From: a virus
Taxonomy: Duplodnaviria > Caudoviricetes
Direction: 5' to 3' (one strand)
Virus record (IMG/VR): IMGVR_UViG_3300032030_000041
Span: 31,087-95,086 of that record
DNA: 64,000 nucleotides
Shown piece after piece: positions 43,309 to 53,578 of this stretch (within the stretch, counting starts at the first letter, position 1; every line of letters begins with the position of its first letter). Under the pieces are notes generated by a model. It worked only from the letters and a program-made list of their open reading frames with translations, made no database searches and was not told the DNA's origin. A program made the translations under genes and the position numbers.

Positions 43309-43697
43309 GTATTGGCTTCCTCAATTGTAAACTGCTCTTCCGCAATCTGCTGTGCGGCTTCATCAGTTTCTGCTTCAATAACCTTAGATAGTCTTGGCAC
43401 CAAATCTCCTTGATACCCAGCAATAGCCTTCTTTAGTGCTTCCATCCTATCTTGTAGATTACCTATAATTACATAGCATCCAACAAGTAGTTTAGCATAT
43501 TCTGCTTTGGTTAAGTTGCCATCAAAAGATTCTGCTGCAAGTTTTTCATGAAGAGCCTCAAAATCATCGCGCATAGTTTTTGCTGTTTCAAAGCCCTTGT
43601 TATCATTCTTTTCATAATCATAGTCCATTACTTGCTCAGCGGCAATAGCTGTCGCACGAGTAAGTTCTCTAAATAGTTCCAGATATTTCTTATGCAT
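43305..43697 (-). CDS. Hypothetical helical protein
   Basis: 130-aa ORF overlapping the topoisomerase A stop; RBS AAGGAG. Confidence 0.7.
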   Translation of the reverse strand: MHKKYLELFRELTRATAIAAEQVMDYDYEKNDNKGFETAKTMRDDFEALHEKLAAESFDGNLTKAEYAKLLVGCYVIIGNLQDRMEALKKAIAGYQGDLVPRLSKVIEAETDEAAQQIAEEQFTIEEANT

Positions 43698-45771
43698 TCT
43701 TTACTCCTTTTACCGCTCGACCGGTAATTTTATATGTATTATCTCCTACCCATTTAGCCTCTTTTACTTCCTCTTTCTCTGTTAATTTGATTGCCTTTAC
43801 ACCTTTAGTAAGTCGCCCAGTATATGCAATATCAGATAATGAGAAACAATTATAATAGTCACTAGAACTGATAATTGCTACTCTGTCATCATCATCGCTA
43901 CTTAGGATTACCGATACAAGTGAATCGCCTTCTTCGAGTTTAATTGCGGCCGTACCTTTTTTCGCGCGAGCGAGGTATTCTCCTACATGACTCTTTTTAA
44001 TAAAGCCATGTTTTGTTACACAAGTAACCGATTGGAAAGCATTAAAAGTACGAGTATCAATTAGAAGAAGCGGTTTTTCTATACCAATTGGGAAGATATC
44101 TGTAAGTTTGATATCCTTGTCATACTTAATTTTACTAAGTGATTCAGTATACATTTTCCCGCCAGAAGTAAACAAAGTTAAAGAACCAAGATTAGTAGTG
44201 AAGAGTTCAAGCTGTGCTTTACCACGCTTGCCTCTATTTACATCTTTCTTAATAACCTTAATTGAGCTTCCATTTTGAAGAACAATTACATCCTCTTCTT
44301 TAATTTCTTCTGGCTCTTCTTCATCGCCAAGTACATTAGTAATTTGTGTACGTCTGGCGTCACCAAATTTTTGAGATACTAGGTTTAGTAGTTCAATTAA
44401 TTTTTCATCCAAAGCGGTAGGTTCAGATAATAAGTGGTTACACTCCCCTATAAATTTAGTAATTTCTGCCAGTTCATCAGATATTTTTACACCGTCTAAT
44501 CGGCACAAGCATGATAGCTTCATATCCAGAATTGCATCGACTTGAGGATCATTGAATTTGTACTTCGCAATCAATGCCTTTTTTGCATCTGCGGGACTAT
44601 CACTACCTTTAATAATAGCAACAATATTATCAATATCAGCGAGCGCAATCAACAAGCCATTGAGGATATTTTCGCGCGCAAGAGCTTTATCAAGATCGAA
44701 TTGAATCATATTGCGCTTACATTGTCTAATATGTGCGATATATGCATCGCAAGCTTCACGCCATCCAAATACTTTTGGGAAGCGTCCTTGATCCAGCAAA
44801 ATCATATTGATGGAATAATGATTTTCAAGCATTGTATCATGATAAAGCTTAGCAATCATTTTATCAGGATTCTGCCCTTTAGAAAGATAAATACGAATAT
44901 CTGCTTCCTTCTTAGTATGGTCAATTACTCTTTCAATACCATAATCGGGGTCATCATTTACTAAAGATGCAAGCTGATCCATAACTGTATTTGTAAATAC
45001 ACCATATGGCAGCTCTGTAGCCTGCAGCATATTCTCTTTAGGATTAAATTTGAGGTTCGCACGCAAACGGATAGATTTGCCTTTTCCCACTCTTAGGCTT
45101 TCCTTTACTTCCGCGGCATTCGTAATAGTTCCACCTGTAGCAAAATCCGGCGCGCAATAAATATCATCATATGATACTTCTGGATTCTGAATAATCTTAA
45201 TAAGTGCCTGATTTACTTCTTTAAGGTTGAACTGAGGTACGGAAGTAGCCATAGCAACTGCAATACCTTGACAGCCATTCACAATATTCCAGTATCCAAT
45301 TGAAGGAAATACTGATGGAATTTGTTCTGTGCTATCATAATTGTCGTACCATTCTGTGATAGCATTTTTCTTAAGGCCATCAAACATAAAATCAGCAATC
45401 GCGCCCGCCTTCATTTCTACATATCGGGCGGCAGCATGACTATCAGGAGATGAAGGGTTGCCGTAGCTTCCTTGAACATCCTCAAGTGGGTAGCGACTGG
45501 ACCAAGGTCGAGCCGCGCGTATCAACGCATCATACATTGCTACATCGCCATGGACATATGACTGAGACATCGCGGCCGCAACACTCTTCTGAGCCTTCTG
45601 AAACTTATCCTTATGAGTGAGCTTGTTGGTAAACTGTGCATATAGACCTTGCCGCAAACCAATTTTTAGCATATCTCTAACATCTGGCAATGACCGTTCT
45701 TGAGCTATAGAAGCTCCGTACTTTAGAAATGCATCTTCAATGGTGTGCTGGAAATCTACATTCTTAATCAT
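43690..45771 (-). CDS. gyrA: Type II topoisomerase subunit A (GyrA/ParC)
   Basis: RSLPDVRD, HGD, AAARY (catalytic Tyr), GIAVAMAT, PDFATGG, TELPYG, QVDAILDMKL, short beta-pinwheel C-terminus. Confidence 0.93.
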   Translation of the reverse strand: MIKNVDFQHTIEDAFLKYGASIAQERSLPDVRDMLKIGLRQGLYAQFTNKLTHKDKFQKAQKSVAAAMSQSYVHGDVAMYDALIRAARPWSSRYPLEDVQGSYGNPSSPDSHAAARYVEMKAGAIADFMFDGLKKNAITEWYDNYDSTEQIPSVFPSIGYWNIVNGCQGIAVAMATSVPQFNLKEVNQALIKIIQNPEVSYDDIYCAPDFATGGTITNAAEVKESLRVGKGKSIRLRANLKFNPKENMLQATELPYGVFTNTVMDQLASLVNDDPDYGIERVIDHTKKEADIRIYLSKGQNPDKMIAKLYHDTMLENHYSINMILLDQGRFPKVFGWREACDAYIAHIRQCKRNMIQFDLDKALARENILNGLLIALADIDNIVAIIKGSDSPADAKKALIAKYKFNDPQVDAILDMKLSCLCRLDGVKISDELAEITKFIGECNHLLSEPTALDEKLIELLNLVSQKFGDARRTQITNVLGDEEEPEEIKEEDVIVLQNGSSIKVIKKDVNRGKRGKAQLELFTTNLGSLTLFTSGGKMYTESLSKIKYDKDIKLTDIFPIGIEKPLLLIDTRTFNAFQSVTCVTKHGFIKKSHVGEYLARAKKGTAAIKLEEGDSLVSVILSSDDDDRVAIISSSDYYNCFSLSDIAYTGRLTKGVKAIKLTEKEEVKEAKWVGDNTYKITGRAVKGVKNA

Positions 45772-45952
45772 ATTTTACCTCATTATATATTGTCTGTTCC
45801 ATTGCCCATTCTTCATCAGATATATGTTCTTTTGCCAATGCAATTTCAAATGCGTACTCTTCATCTAAATGACAGTAACCTTTTCGAGGAATTGGTTCAT
45901 CGTCATAAGAGCATGTTCCTTTGTGGTTATTGGGGCAACCGTTGCAATACAT
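45764..45952 (-). CDS. Small Cys-rich hypothetical protein
   Basis: MYCNGCP...C...CH; RBS AAGGAG, directly after a promoter. Confidence 0.6.
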   Translation of the reverse strand: MYCNGCPNNHKGTCSYDDEPIPRKGYCHLDEEYAFEIALAKEHISDEEWAMEQTIYNEVKYD

Positions 45953-45976
45953 ATTCTCACTCCTTTCTTTTTATTT

Positions 45977-46005
45977 ATTATAGCATAAATTTTAGAGATT
46001 GTCAA
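45977..46005 (-). promoter_or_regulatory. SigmaA-type promoter
   Basis: TTGACA-17-TATAAT with TG extension; the -35 contains the upstream TGA. Confidence 0.85.
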
Positions 46006-46763
46006 TTATTAAATATAGGATATTTATGATATTTATAATATCCGTCGTTGTCATTCATATCCGCTGCCCAGAAGTAGTTACATTGATATCCACCATGATT
46101 TTTAATATAATAAAAACGTCTTAAAAAGAAAAATTCAAAATGAGCATTAACGTTATCAGTATAATTATATAATATTTCCTGCATTAGAGAATCTTTAATG
46201 GATTTTAATCCTAAATCCAAGCAAAGAAAAATAGCATTTTCCTCTTTATACTGTTTGTTCTTAAATGGCATGACTTTAATTATATAAATATTATCTTGTG
46301 CATAATCAAATTGATATTTAAAATAATCATAATCTAATAAATTATGAATAGATAAAATTTTACATAATGTTTTATAATAGCTATCAGTCATTAAAGCTTT
46401 AAAGATCTTATCCATATTTTCATTTTCAAACGTAACATGGCGTGAATTAGGAAATTCTTTTATTTCTTGCAGCTTTAATTTTGAAGATTTATTTGGCCCA
46501 TTACCACGAGTCTTATTAAAACCATGATCATAGCTCTTATAATAATTAATCCAATATTGCTCTCTCTCATCTAATTGTTCTTCTTCGCAATGCTCAATAA
46601 TTTCAATACTCCAATCATTTAAATTATTTTGCATTATTTTATGCCAATCATCAGTTTCATCGTTAAGATGCTGTTCAAGACGTCGTACTACATTAATAGA
46701 TTGGCCAATATAATTCATACCAGTTGATTTCTGTGTTATTTTATATATACCGCAATAATTCAT
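46002..46763 (-). CDS. Free-standing GIY-YIG (homing) endonuclease
   Basis: CGIYKIT...NYIGQS...RRLEQH...LDEREQYWI...GFNKTRG; very AT-rich; lies between the topoisomerase B and A genes. Confidence 0.85.
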   Translation of the reverse strand: MNYCGIYKITQKSTGMNYIGQSINVVRRLEQHLNDETDDWHKIMQNNLNDWSIEIIEHCEEEQLDEREQYWINYYKSYDHGFNKTRGNGPNKSSKLKLQEIKEFPNSRHVTFENENMDKIFKALMTDSYYKTLCKILSIHNLLDYDYFKYQFDYAQDNIYIIKVMPFKNKQYKEENAIFLCLDLGLKSIKDSLMQEILYNYTDNVNAHFEFFFLRRFYYIKNHGGYQCNYFWAADMNDNDGYYKYHKYPIFNN

Positions 46764-46770
46764 ATTTATC

Positions 46771-48633
46771 TCAATTATTCAAAATATTAAAATCCACATT
46801 CTCAAACAAGAAGTCTCGGCGTCCCTCAACTTCCGTACCCATCAACATTTGTAACGACTCAGCCGCAGCTTCGACGTCATTTATAGTAAGAATGTCTAAG
46901 CGCCGATTTGTCGGGTGTAGCATAGATTCTTCCATATCATCTGCTACCATCTCGCCCAAGCCTTTGTAGCGACTCTGCTCCCATCCACTATGAGTTTTCT
47001 TTAGCTCAACAAGTTCATCCTCATCATAGGCATAAACATGCTGACTTCCTTTACTCAATCTATAAAGGGGCGCACGTAACCAACCGAGTCGTCCTTCTTC
47101 AATGAACTGCGGCATTAGGACATAAAAGAGTGTAGTAATAAGACACATGATATTGTATCCATCTACGTCAGCATCAACCGCAATCGCGACTTTTCCGTAA
47201 TTGAGCTTCTTACCATTATATCTGTCTTGAATGCCACATCCAAGTGCCATAATGATATCAGATACTTCCTGATTCTCCAAACACTCATCAAGTGGATGCT
47301 TCATCAGGTTCTTAACTTTACCACGTACCGCATACAGTGCTTCAGTTTTTACATCACGCGCAGGCATTAGGCCACCCAATGCGGAATTACCTTCACATAT
47401 AATAAGCATTGAATCTTGACCATGCTTTTCGCAATCCTTGAACTTATCAGAAGAAGTGACCTTACGCTTACGCTGTTCAGTTTCTTTCTTCTCCATATTC
47501 ATAATTGCTTCTCTCGCACGAGTTGCTGCGGCTTCGGCCTTTTCAATCTTCGTAAGCATTTCTACAATCGCATTAAACTCATTTGAGTGTTGAGTAGCCA
47601 TATCTTTAAGCGCATTGGAGAATGCAGTTGAAGCTAAGGTTCGAAGCGAAGCATTATTGATTTTAGATTTAGTCTGGTTCGCAAAAGAAGGATTTTCTAC
47701 CTTACAATTAATTACATAGAATAGGTTCTTGCGGATATATTCACCATCAAAAGAGGCGCTCGCAAGCGTATTAAACGTCTTGGTTATTGCACTTCTCGCG
47801 CCAGTAATTGGGCTACCACCTTCTGGACACCTAAGTCCATTTACAAATACATATGCAGTTTCGTGTTTAGTGCCCCACTGAAAAGCAATTTCTAGACTAT
47901 CGGTGCCATCAGAAGCAGATCCAGTAATAATACTTTTTTGTAATGGTTTTTGTACATTTTTCTTTACAAAATCTATAATGCCATTTTTCGCGCAATAAGT
48001 TTTTACATCATTTTCATTTGAAACTATAAACTCAATGCCTGGATAAAGATATGAAATATCTTGAATATCCTGACAAATTCGATTAAAATCATAACCAATT
48101 GGGCCATTTGAAAATACTTCTGGATCAGGAATAAAATCTATCCTAGTACCATTAGGATTATTACATGGTTCTTCGATATAATCCTTTAAGATTCCTTTTT
48201 CAAATATCGCTGCAGCCCGTTTGCCATCTCGAAAACTTTGAACAGTAAAACTTTTAGATGAAAGGCATACACAAGAACCGCCAATTCCATTTAAACCTGA
48301 AGCATTTTTATAGGCATCATGCGAAAACTTACCACCAGTATGACTTTTAGTAAATATAGATACTAGGACATTTTCGCCATTTTCACGAATACCAAAGGGT
48401 ACCCCACGACCGTAGTCACGCACTGTAACCGAATTATTACGCTCGTCTAGCATTATTCGAATTTGTTTCCCATATCCAGCCAGTGCTTCATCGGTACTAT
48501 TATTGATAATCTCTTTAAGTGCCTGATATGTTCCTTCAATATCATCGCTCCCAAGATACATCTGAATACGCGTGCGAACTCCTTCTCGGAAGGACAGGCT
48601 TTGTATCGAATTTACATCGTAGGTTTCTGCCAT
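46771..48633 (-). CDS. gyrB: Type II topoisomerase subunit B (GyrB/ParE)
   Basis: EIINNSTDE, DYGRGVP, HTGGKF, GLNGIG, ICEGNSA, RGK, DADVDG, RYKGLGEM. Confidence 0.95.
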   Translation of the reverse strand: MAETYDVNSIQSLSFREGVRTRIQMYLGSDDIEGTYQALKEIINNSTDEALAGYGKQIRIMLDERNNSVTVRDYGRGVPFGIRENGENVLVSIFTKSHTGGKFSHDAYKNASGLNGIGGSCVCLSSKSFTVQSFRDGKRAAAIFEKGILKDYIEEPCNNPNGTRIDFIPDPEVFSNGPIGYDFNRICQDIQDISYLYPGIEFIVSNENDVKTYCAKNGIIDFVKKNVQKPLQKSIITGSASDGTDSLEIAFQWGTKHETAYVFVNGLRCPEGGSPITGARSAITKTFNTLASASFDGEYIRKNLFYVINCKVENPSFANQTKSKINNASLRTLASTAFSNALKDMATQHSNEFNAIVEMLTKIEKAEAAATRAREAIMNMEKKETEQRKRKVTSSDKFKDCEKHGQDSMLIICEGNSALGGLMPARDVKTEALYAVRGKVKNLMKHPLDECLENQEVSDIIMALGCGIQDRYNGKKLNYGKVAIAVDADVDGYNIMCLITTLFYVLMPQFIEEGRLGWLRAPLYRLSKGSQHVYAYDEDELVELKKTHSGWEQSRYKGLGEMVADDMEESMLHPTNRRLDILTINDVEAAAESLQMLMGTEVEGRRDFLFENVDFNILNN

Positions 48634-48660
48634 TCTCTCACCTCTTTCTCTTTACATTTT

Positions 48661-48689
48661 ATTATAACATAAATTAAAAAAGAAGTCAA
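48661..48689 (-). promoter_or_regulatory. SigmaA-type promoter
   Basis: TTGACT-17-TATAAT with TG extension; the -35 forms the 3' arm of a terminator hairpin. Confidence 0.85.
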
Positions 48690-48708
48690 TTATTTAGTTG
48701 ACTTCTTT
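48676..48708 (-). terminator. Intrinsic terminator overlapping a promoter -35
   Basis: AAAGAAGTCAA-N8-TTGACTTCTTT followed by a T-run. Confidence 0.7.
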
Positions 48709-48926
48709 CTATGCTTCTTTTTCTTGACTTTAACATTATTACTATCCACATTAATCGTGTAAGGGCCAATTAGCTATTCTAAATTTTGTAGTACAGTTTT
48801 CAGTAAATTCGCATCTTCCTTAATCTTATCTCGATTAAAAGTTACATCAACTATTAGTTTTGGGTTAGTACCTTGTCCTCCCTAACCGGTAGTAGTAATA
48901 GTATAGTAATCTTCTAAATTAAACAT
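48690..48926 (-). CDS. Hypothetical protein, 78 aa, 2 in-frame TAG (not in the ORF track)
   Basis: RBS GGGGTGA; MFNLEDYYTITTTG(Q)GGQG...LE(Q)LIGPY...KKKHRKKSTK-TAA. Confidence 0.6.
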
Positions 48927-48950
48927 TAAATCACCCCAAATTCTAATATA

Positions 48951-49130
48951 TTAAATATTAATATTAGGAAAAATTGACTTTAGTTCTTCTTGCACATAAT
49001 TCAATTTATCATTCTATAATTGTAAGATATGAATAGCCAAACTTTGTGGCAAAACAATTTCAGTAATTTCATCATCAGATTTAATAATTACAGGGATGCC
49101 GCGAAATCTTCCAATATATCCTTCATCCAT
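48951..49130 (-). CDS. Hypothetical protein, 59 aa, 1 TAG
   Basis: RBS GGGAGA; MDEGYIGRFRGIPVII... Confidence 0.5.
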
Positions 49131-49131
49131 A

Positions 49132-49353
49132 TTATTTCTCCCAATTAATATCTACCGAACATTTATAATTATCTGGTAGACAATTCTCTGCGCGAGTATC
49201 CAACTTAGCAATACGATCTTGATAAGCGCCAGTTAGAATATAATGTTCTTTAATATTAGATATATATTCACCCTCATATTCGCGCGGATCGACTGTTTCT
49301 TCCCATGTATAAGTTACTGATACCTTAAGCTTCAAATTTGTATCCAAGTTCAT
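49132..49353 (-). CDS. Hypothetical protein (start uncertain)
   Basis: ORF fills the gap in the operon. Confidence 0.5.
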   Translation of the reverse strand: MNLDTNLKLKVSVTYTWEETVDPREYEGEYISNIKEHYILTGAYQDRIAKLDTRAENCLPDNYKCSVDINWEK

Positions 49354-49702
49354 CTACCGCCTTACTTACACATTCATATAATATATGAGTTCTAATAAGA
49401 CAATCTAGATAACGGGCCGGCGCAGCGTGAAAAGCATTCATCATATCATGAGTAAAATCATAACCAAATTCCTCTAGTGCGTCAATAAGGTCAAGGAGTC
49501 CATATCCAATATATCCAGCGCATGTATCTTCATCAGCATAATATATGCCGCCATTTCCTGTTACTTCATCTACATCCCATAGCTCATCGCCAAGCCGCTC
49601 TTCATACTCATCACGTGTCATTCCAGGCTCTGGCTCCATATAATTATCTACAATATATTTCTTAATATCCTTAACCATTTCTTCTCTATAATTATATTCC
49701 AT
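49325..49702 (-). CDS. Hypothetical phage protein
   Basis: MEYNYREEMVKDIK...DEVTGNG...LDCLIR; RBS GAGGTG. Confidence 0.7.
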   Translation of the reverse strand: MEYNYREEMVKDIKKYIVDNYMEPEPGMTRDEYEERLGDELWDVDEVTGNGGIYYADEDTCAGYIGYGLLDLIDALEEFGYDFTHDMMNAFHAAPARYLDCLIRTHILYECVSKAVDELGYKFEA

Positions 49703-49712
49703 CTTACACCTC

Positions 49713-51170
49713 TTATCCAAACGCAATCATAAGCGCATTAGTAATATGCCGAATAAGTTCTTTTGTATACTGCTGAGTTACTACCACCTTAGTAGAACCA
49801 AAAGGTGGATTCATGTATTGCTCATTATCTGGATCGGTAATGAGTGTTGCCTGTTTCATATCAAAGGCATGAAAACGCTTAATTGCGTCGGCCATATTTC
49901 TATAATCATTACAAACTGCATCTCCATCAAAGAGGATAATGTTATAATTGCAAGTTTGCGGCTTCTGCATTCCAAGAATAATGCTCTTCATATTGTCAGG
50001 GATCGAATTTCCGCCCCAAGCTGTCATCTGACGCTCTCGTACACTTTTGCAAATCTTCAATTGATGATTGATAAAAATAACATCCATAGAGAAGTTATGA
50101 TTTTTACGCTCGATGTTAGATAATACGGCAAGAATACCGTTCGTCAATTTTACATTATCACAAAAGCTACCTGAGCAGTCAATAAAGAGATTCAGATGGC
50201 AAGAGCCAAATTTATTATTACCCTGTACAGACATAGAGCGCTCAAAGTAACGATAGTCTTTTCGCGCGACAGCACGAGGATTAAAAACGCCGGAGTATGT
50301 ATTGATACCGCTTCCGCCGCTATTCTTCTTCTTAAAATTATTAATAATGGTTTCAGCAGTTTTCTGAAAACTATCGAGCTGTTCTTTTTCAGCGGGTTTA
50401 AGTCCAGCATCTTTAGAGAGCGAAGCGCCAACCATACGTTTAAGCTGCTCCATAGTCATTTCCAATTCTGCCAAGTCCTTGGAAGTCTTTTCCGCTGGAT
50501 TGCCATTGACCTTGCCCTGTTCTGAAGAAGGAGCCTCCTGTCCTTCGCCATTAGAATCACTAAACTCTTCAGGATGTTTTTCAAATTCATCCTGAACCAT
50601 GCGCCACAGTTCATAAATGGCATCTTCATAATTACCTACATCAATGTCACCTACGTCCCAACGACGTGAGACACGATTCAGCGTAGCGTAGGTTTTAATA
50701 ATGCGGTTAACTTCTTTCTGAACTGCCGCGGTGCCGAGACCAAAGCGCACAGCGTTAAAGAATGCACCTTTAGCATCAGTGGCTTTTGGCGCATGACCGC
50801 CATGAATATCATAAATCTGCTTACGAAAGTCAACACCATGATAATAATTTTTAAGTACGGTTTCGATGCGTTGATCTTCCATACAATTGTTTTGGAAATT
50901 ATTATCCAAAATCGTAGGTGTCAAAATAGCATGACTGACCTCATGATAAAGCATAGAACGCACTGCTTCTTCTTCGTCACAAGTCCCTTCCATTACTTGT
51001 GCGAAGCGGTAAGCAATGATAGGATAGGAAATAATAATCTTATCCTCAGTAACAGAATAATATGAAGTTTCTTCGTCTTTGACTAGCTCAAGAGGAATTC
51101 TGCGGCCAGTATACAGGCCAATTGGAAGGGTATCAACAATTGATTTACATCTAGCAAAGCTCAATTCCAT
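49713..51170 (-). CDS. VWA (MIDAS) domain protein with N-terminal HExxH module, partner of a MoxR-type ATPase
   Basis: YHEVSH, NCMEDQRIE, LFIDCSGS, GGN, ILFDGD. Confidence 0.85.
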   Translation of the reverse strand: MELSFARCKSIVDTLPIGLYTGRRIPLELVKDEETSYYSVTEDKIIISYPIIAYRFAQVMEGTCDEEEAVRSMLYHEVSHAILTPTILDNNFQNNCMEDQRIETVLKNYYHGVDFRKQIYDIHGGHAPKATDAKGAFFNAVRFGLGTAAVQKEVNRIIKTYATLNRVSRRWDVGDIDVGNYEDAIYELWRMVQDEFEKHPEEFSDSNGEGQEAPSSEQGKVNGNPAEKTSKDLAELEMTMEQLKRMVGASLSKDAGLKPAEKEQLDSFQKTAETIINNFKKKNSGGSGINTYSGVFNPRAVARKDYRYFERSMSVQGNNKFGSCHLNLFIDCSGSFCDNVKLTNGILAVLSNIERKNHNFSMDVIFINHQLKICKSVRERQMTAWGGNSIPDNMKSIILGMQKPQTCNYNIILFDGDAVCNDYRNMADAIKRFHAFDMKQATLITDPDNEQYMNPPFGSTKVVVTQQYTKELIRHITNALMIAFG

Positions 51171-51174
51171 TTTA

Positions 51175-52152
51175 TTACTCCATTCCCATAATAGCTTTTG
51201 CAAGCTGATCAGCAGTTAGTACAAATTCACGAGTTTCGGCACAACGGTCAACAAGAGGTTCCGGCAGTCCATAGGTCATACCACCGAGAGAAAGGTTCAT
51301 AGTTCCAATAATCTGGAATCCTTCAGCGATATGCACCGGCCGATTCTTATAGTAGAACTCAGTCTTACCGTCAACAATACCCTGCAAGAAACGTAGAGAG
51401 TCAAACGGCAGGAGGTTAATTTCATCAAGTACAACCTTGCGGCCTTCTTCCATGCATTCCCACAGAAGAGAAGGATTGAAATCGGGCTGTCCATCTTTAA
51501 AGATGAAATCTTCCATCAGATCGGAAGGAAGCATAGAACTATTACATACAATACAACGATTGTCTGCTTCTTCCTGCGCTAGAGTTGTCTTTCCCGTTCC
51601 GGCGCTACCGTAATAAATCTTCAAACGAGTATTAATGCGATCTTTCGGTTCACCATACTGCGCGATGTCATCAATAATCTGATTAAATTCTGCGCTCTGC
51701 ATCTTCTGACGAATTTCATTCGTGTAGGAAGAGTCCATAAGCGCAAAATAGTTATATACATAGTCACACGCGCTTTTTCTGTCCTTGCAAGCCATATATG
51801 CAAAAGTATTTACAAAGCGAAGAGACGGTGTAAATGAAAACTCAGTAAAGAAACTCATCATATGCTTTAGACCATTAGTCAGAATTTCTACTGGACTCTT
51901 CTTAGGCTGAAGTGCAGGTGTGGCAGATGAAAGGGCATTAAAGATATTCGGATACCGATTGTTATTTACAAGTTCCTCAAATACCTGCATCCGATCTGCA
52001 TATTTGGTTTCGCGCATAAGATTGTATAGGCTTTCATATTCATCATATTCAGGATGTGTATGATCGACAACATAGCTGACACCATTTCTTTCGCCATAAA
52101 AAGCCCCATCCGCAGTACGCTTGGTAATAGACATTTTTTCTGAGAGTTTCAT
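51175..52152 (-). CDS. MoxR/CbbQ-like AAA+ ATPase
   Basis: YGSAGTGKTT, VVLDEIN, IIGTMN, LPEPLVDR. Confidence 0.88.
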   Translation of the reverse strand: MKLSEKMSITKRTADGAFYGERNGVSYVVDHTHPEYDEYESLYNLMRETKYADRMQVFEELVNNNRYPNIFNALSSATPALQPKKSPVEILTNGLKHMMSFFTEFSFTPSLRFVNTFAYMACKDRKSACDYVYNYFALMDSSYTNEIRQKMQSAEFNQIIDDIAQYGEPKDRINTRLKIYYGSAGTGKTTLAQEEADNRCIVCNSSMLPSDLMEDFIFKDGQPDFNPSLLWECMEEGRKVVLDEINLLPFDSLRFLQGIVDGKTEFYYKNRPVHIAEGFQIIGTMNLSLGGMTYGLPEPLVDRCAETREFVLTADQLAKAIMGME

Positions 52153-52185
52153 TTATTTTCTCCTCACTTTCCTTTCTATATTAGA

Positions 52186-52214
52186 ATTATACACTAATTT
52201 TTATTAAAAGTCAA
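52186..52214 (-). promoter_or_regulatory. SigmaA-type promoter
   Basis: TTGACT-17-TATAAT; the -35 contains the upstream TGA. Confidence 0.85.
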
Positions 52215-52831
52215 ATCTTATATTCATCAAAAATTTCATCAAGGCAATCGCGCAGAAGATAACAGCGAACAGCAACATCGAGCGCTTGGGGTGTAATTTC
52301 AGTTTTAAACGCATCGCTAAAAGCTCTGTATGCATCAAGGCTCAGCGGCAAATTGCTGCTAAGACATTGAAGCGCAGTAGTACCTTGAGCATAACCTTTC
52401 GATTGATGATTACCTGTTACTGGAGAAAAAAATATATCCATGTAAAGATAATCACGATCTTCTTTTCCCTGATACCAATTAGTTATAAGATACCTTTTTG
52501 CCGCATGAATTATTTCTTTATGATAATCATAATGATCATGTTCCCATAACCGTTCAGTAGGAAAAATTGTTGAAGTAGAGTGTGTCATTGGAATTAAACA
52601 TTCATATATTCCAGAGTTTAAAAGAAATTCCTCATCGGCGTAAATCATATCTGCCCTCATGCCTTTAAAATTATTACGCAGATTTTTGACTTCATATATA
52701 GCACAATATATTATACCATATTTCCATTCATATACGCCTCTGCGCCGGCATTGCCGCGAATCAGAAGGTAAAAATGTTTTAAAGAATTCAATTACTTGGC
52801 TTGAATGTTTAGTAAAAATTAAAATTTCCAT
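52211..52831 (-). CDS. Hypothetical protein
   Basis: 206-aa ORF. The C-terminal VTGN...LDVAVRCYLL resembles the 49325-49702 protein (VTGNG...LDCLIR). Confidence 0.65.
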   Translation of the reverse strand: MEILIFTKHSSQVIEFFKTFLPSDSRQCRRRGVYEWKYGIIYCAIYEVKNLRNNFKGMRADMIYADEEFLLNSGIYECLIPMTHSTSTIFPTERLWEHDHYDYHKEIIHAAKRYLITNWYQGKEDRDYLYMDIFFSPVTGNHQSKGYAQGTTALQCLSSNLPLSLDAYRAFSDAFKTEITPQALDVAVRCYLLRDCLDEIFDEYKI

Positions 52832-52833
52832 TA

Positions 52834-53124
52834 TTAATCTCCCATTCTAACGCTAAATCCCTGCAAATCTAAATTAAAATCTGCTTTAAAATATTCTTGC
52901 ATTACATCATCAAGTTTATGTACAAATAGAGGTTTACTATGATCAAATTCTCCATAAAATAGATCTGCAAGATCAATAATACATAGGGAATCATATCCAT
53001 ATGATTCTGCTTTAACTTGAAGTGCGCGTTTATTAGTAGTAAGAATAATACCATCCGCTTCGAGCGCCATATCCATTAATTCCTTAGTCTTACCAGTGCC
53101 TTGCGGCCGAGCAATTATTTTCAT
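52834..53124 (-). CDS. Small P-loop-like protein
   Basis: MKIIARPQGTGKTKEL. Confidence 0.65.
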   Translation of the reverse strand: MKIIARPQGTGKTKELMDMALEADGIILTTNKRALQVKAESYGYDSLCIIDLADLFYGEFDHSKPLFVHKLDDVMQEYFKADFNLDLQGFSVRMGD

Positions 53125-53447
53125 TTATCGTCAATCTCCCTTACTTGAATTACATCAGAGTAGTCAAAGTGTTTTGTTACTTCATATTTTTCTACGAATT
53201 CTTGAGCTGGCATATCAGTAAGACGCACTATATATTCATTACGTTTCAATTCTAAATGATTCAAAGTAACCGCGGCAATCATACCTATAATAAAAGCAAG
53301 ACCGGCAATACAAGATATAATAAGGCCAATATATTCTGTATTATGAAGACAGGCCAACGATAAAACTACAACTGCCACGCTAATTCCCATTAAAATAAAA
53401 GTCCAGTTTGGCGGTCCGTAAATAGGAATCGTTTCAATAATTTCCAT
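53121..53447 (-). CDS. Membrane protein (2 TM)
   Basis: Two hydrophobic segments. Confidence 0.65.
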   Translation of the reverse strand: MEIIETIPIYGPPNWTFILMGISVAVVVLSLACLHNTEYIGLIISCIAGLAFIIGMIAAVTLNHLELKRNEYIVRLTDMPAQEFVEKYEVTKHFDYSDVIQVREIDDK

Positions 53448-53578
53448 TAAATTTCACCTCGTTTCTTAGAATAATGATAATCCGCCGCGTCGATTACAGT
53501 AATAGAGATGATAGCAATGATACAAATAATTGCGCCGATAATTGCACCAAGTTCAAGACCCTCAATAAAATAGCTCAT
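53447..53578 (-). CDS. Small single-TM peptide, 43 aa
   Basis: RBS AGGAGG; MSYFIEGLELGAIIGAIICIIAIISITV...; overlaps both neighbours. Confidence 0.55.
   Translation of the reverse strand: MSYFIEGLELGAIIGAIICIIAIISITVIDAADYHYSKKRGEI

Noticed and set aside
27400-48633. Inteins or group I/II introns in nrdD, dnaE, helicase or topoisomerase genes
   Set aside because: Frames are continuous with normal lengths and motif spacing; no intein end motifs seen.
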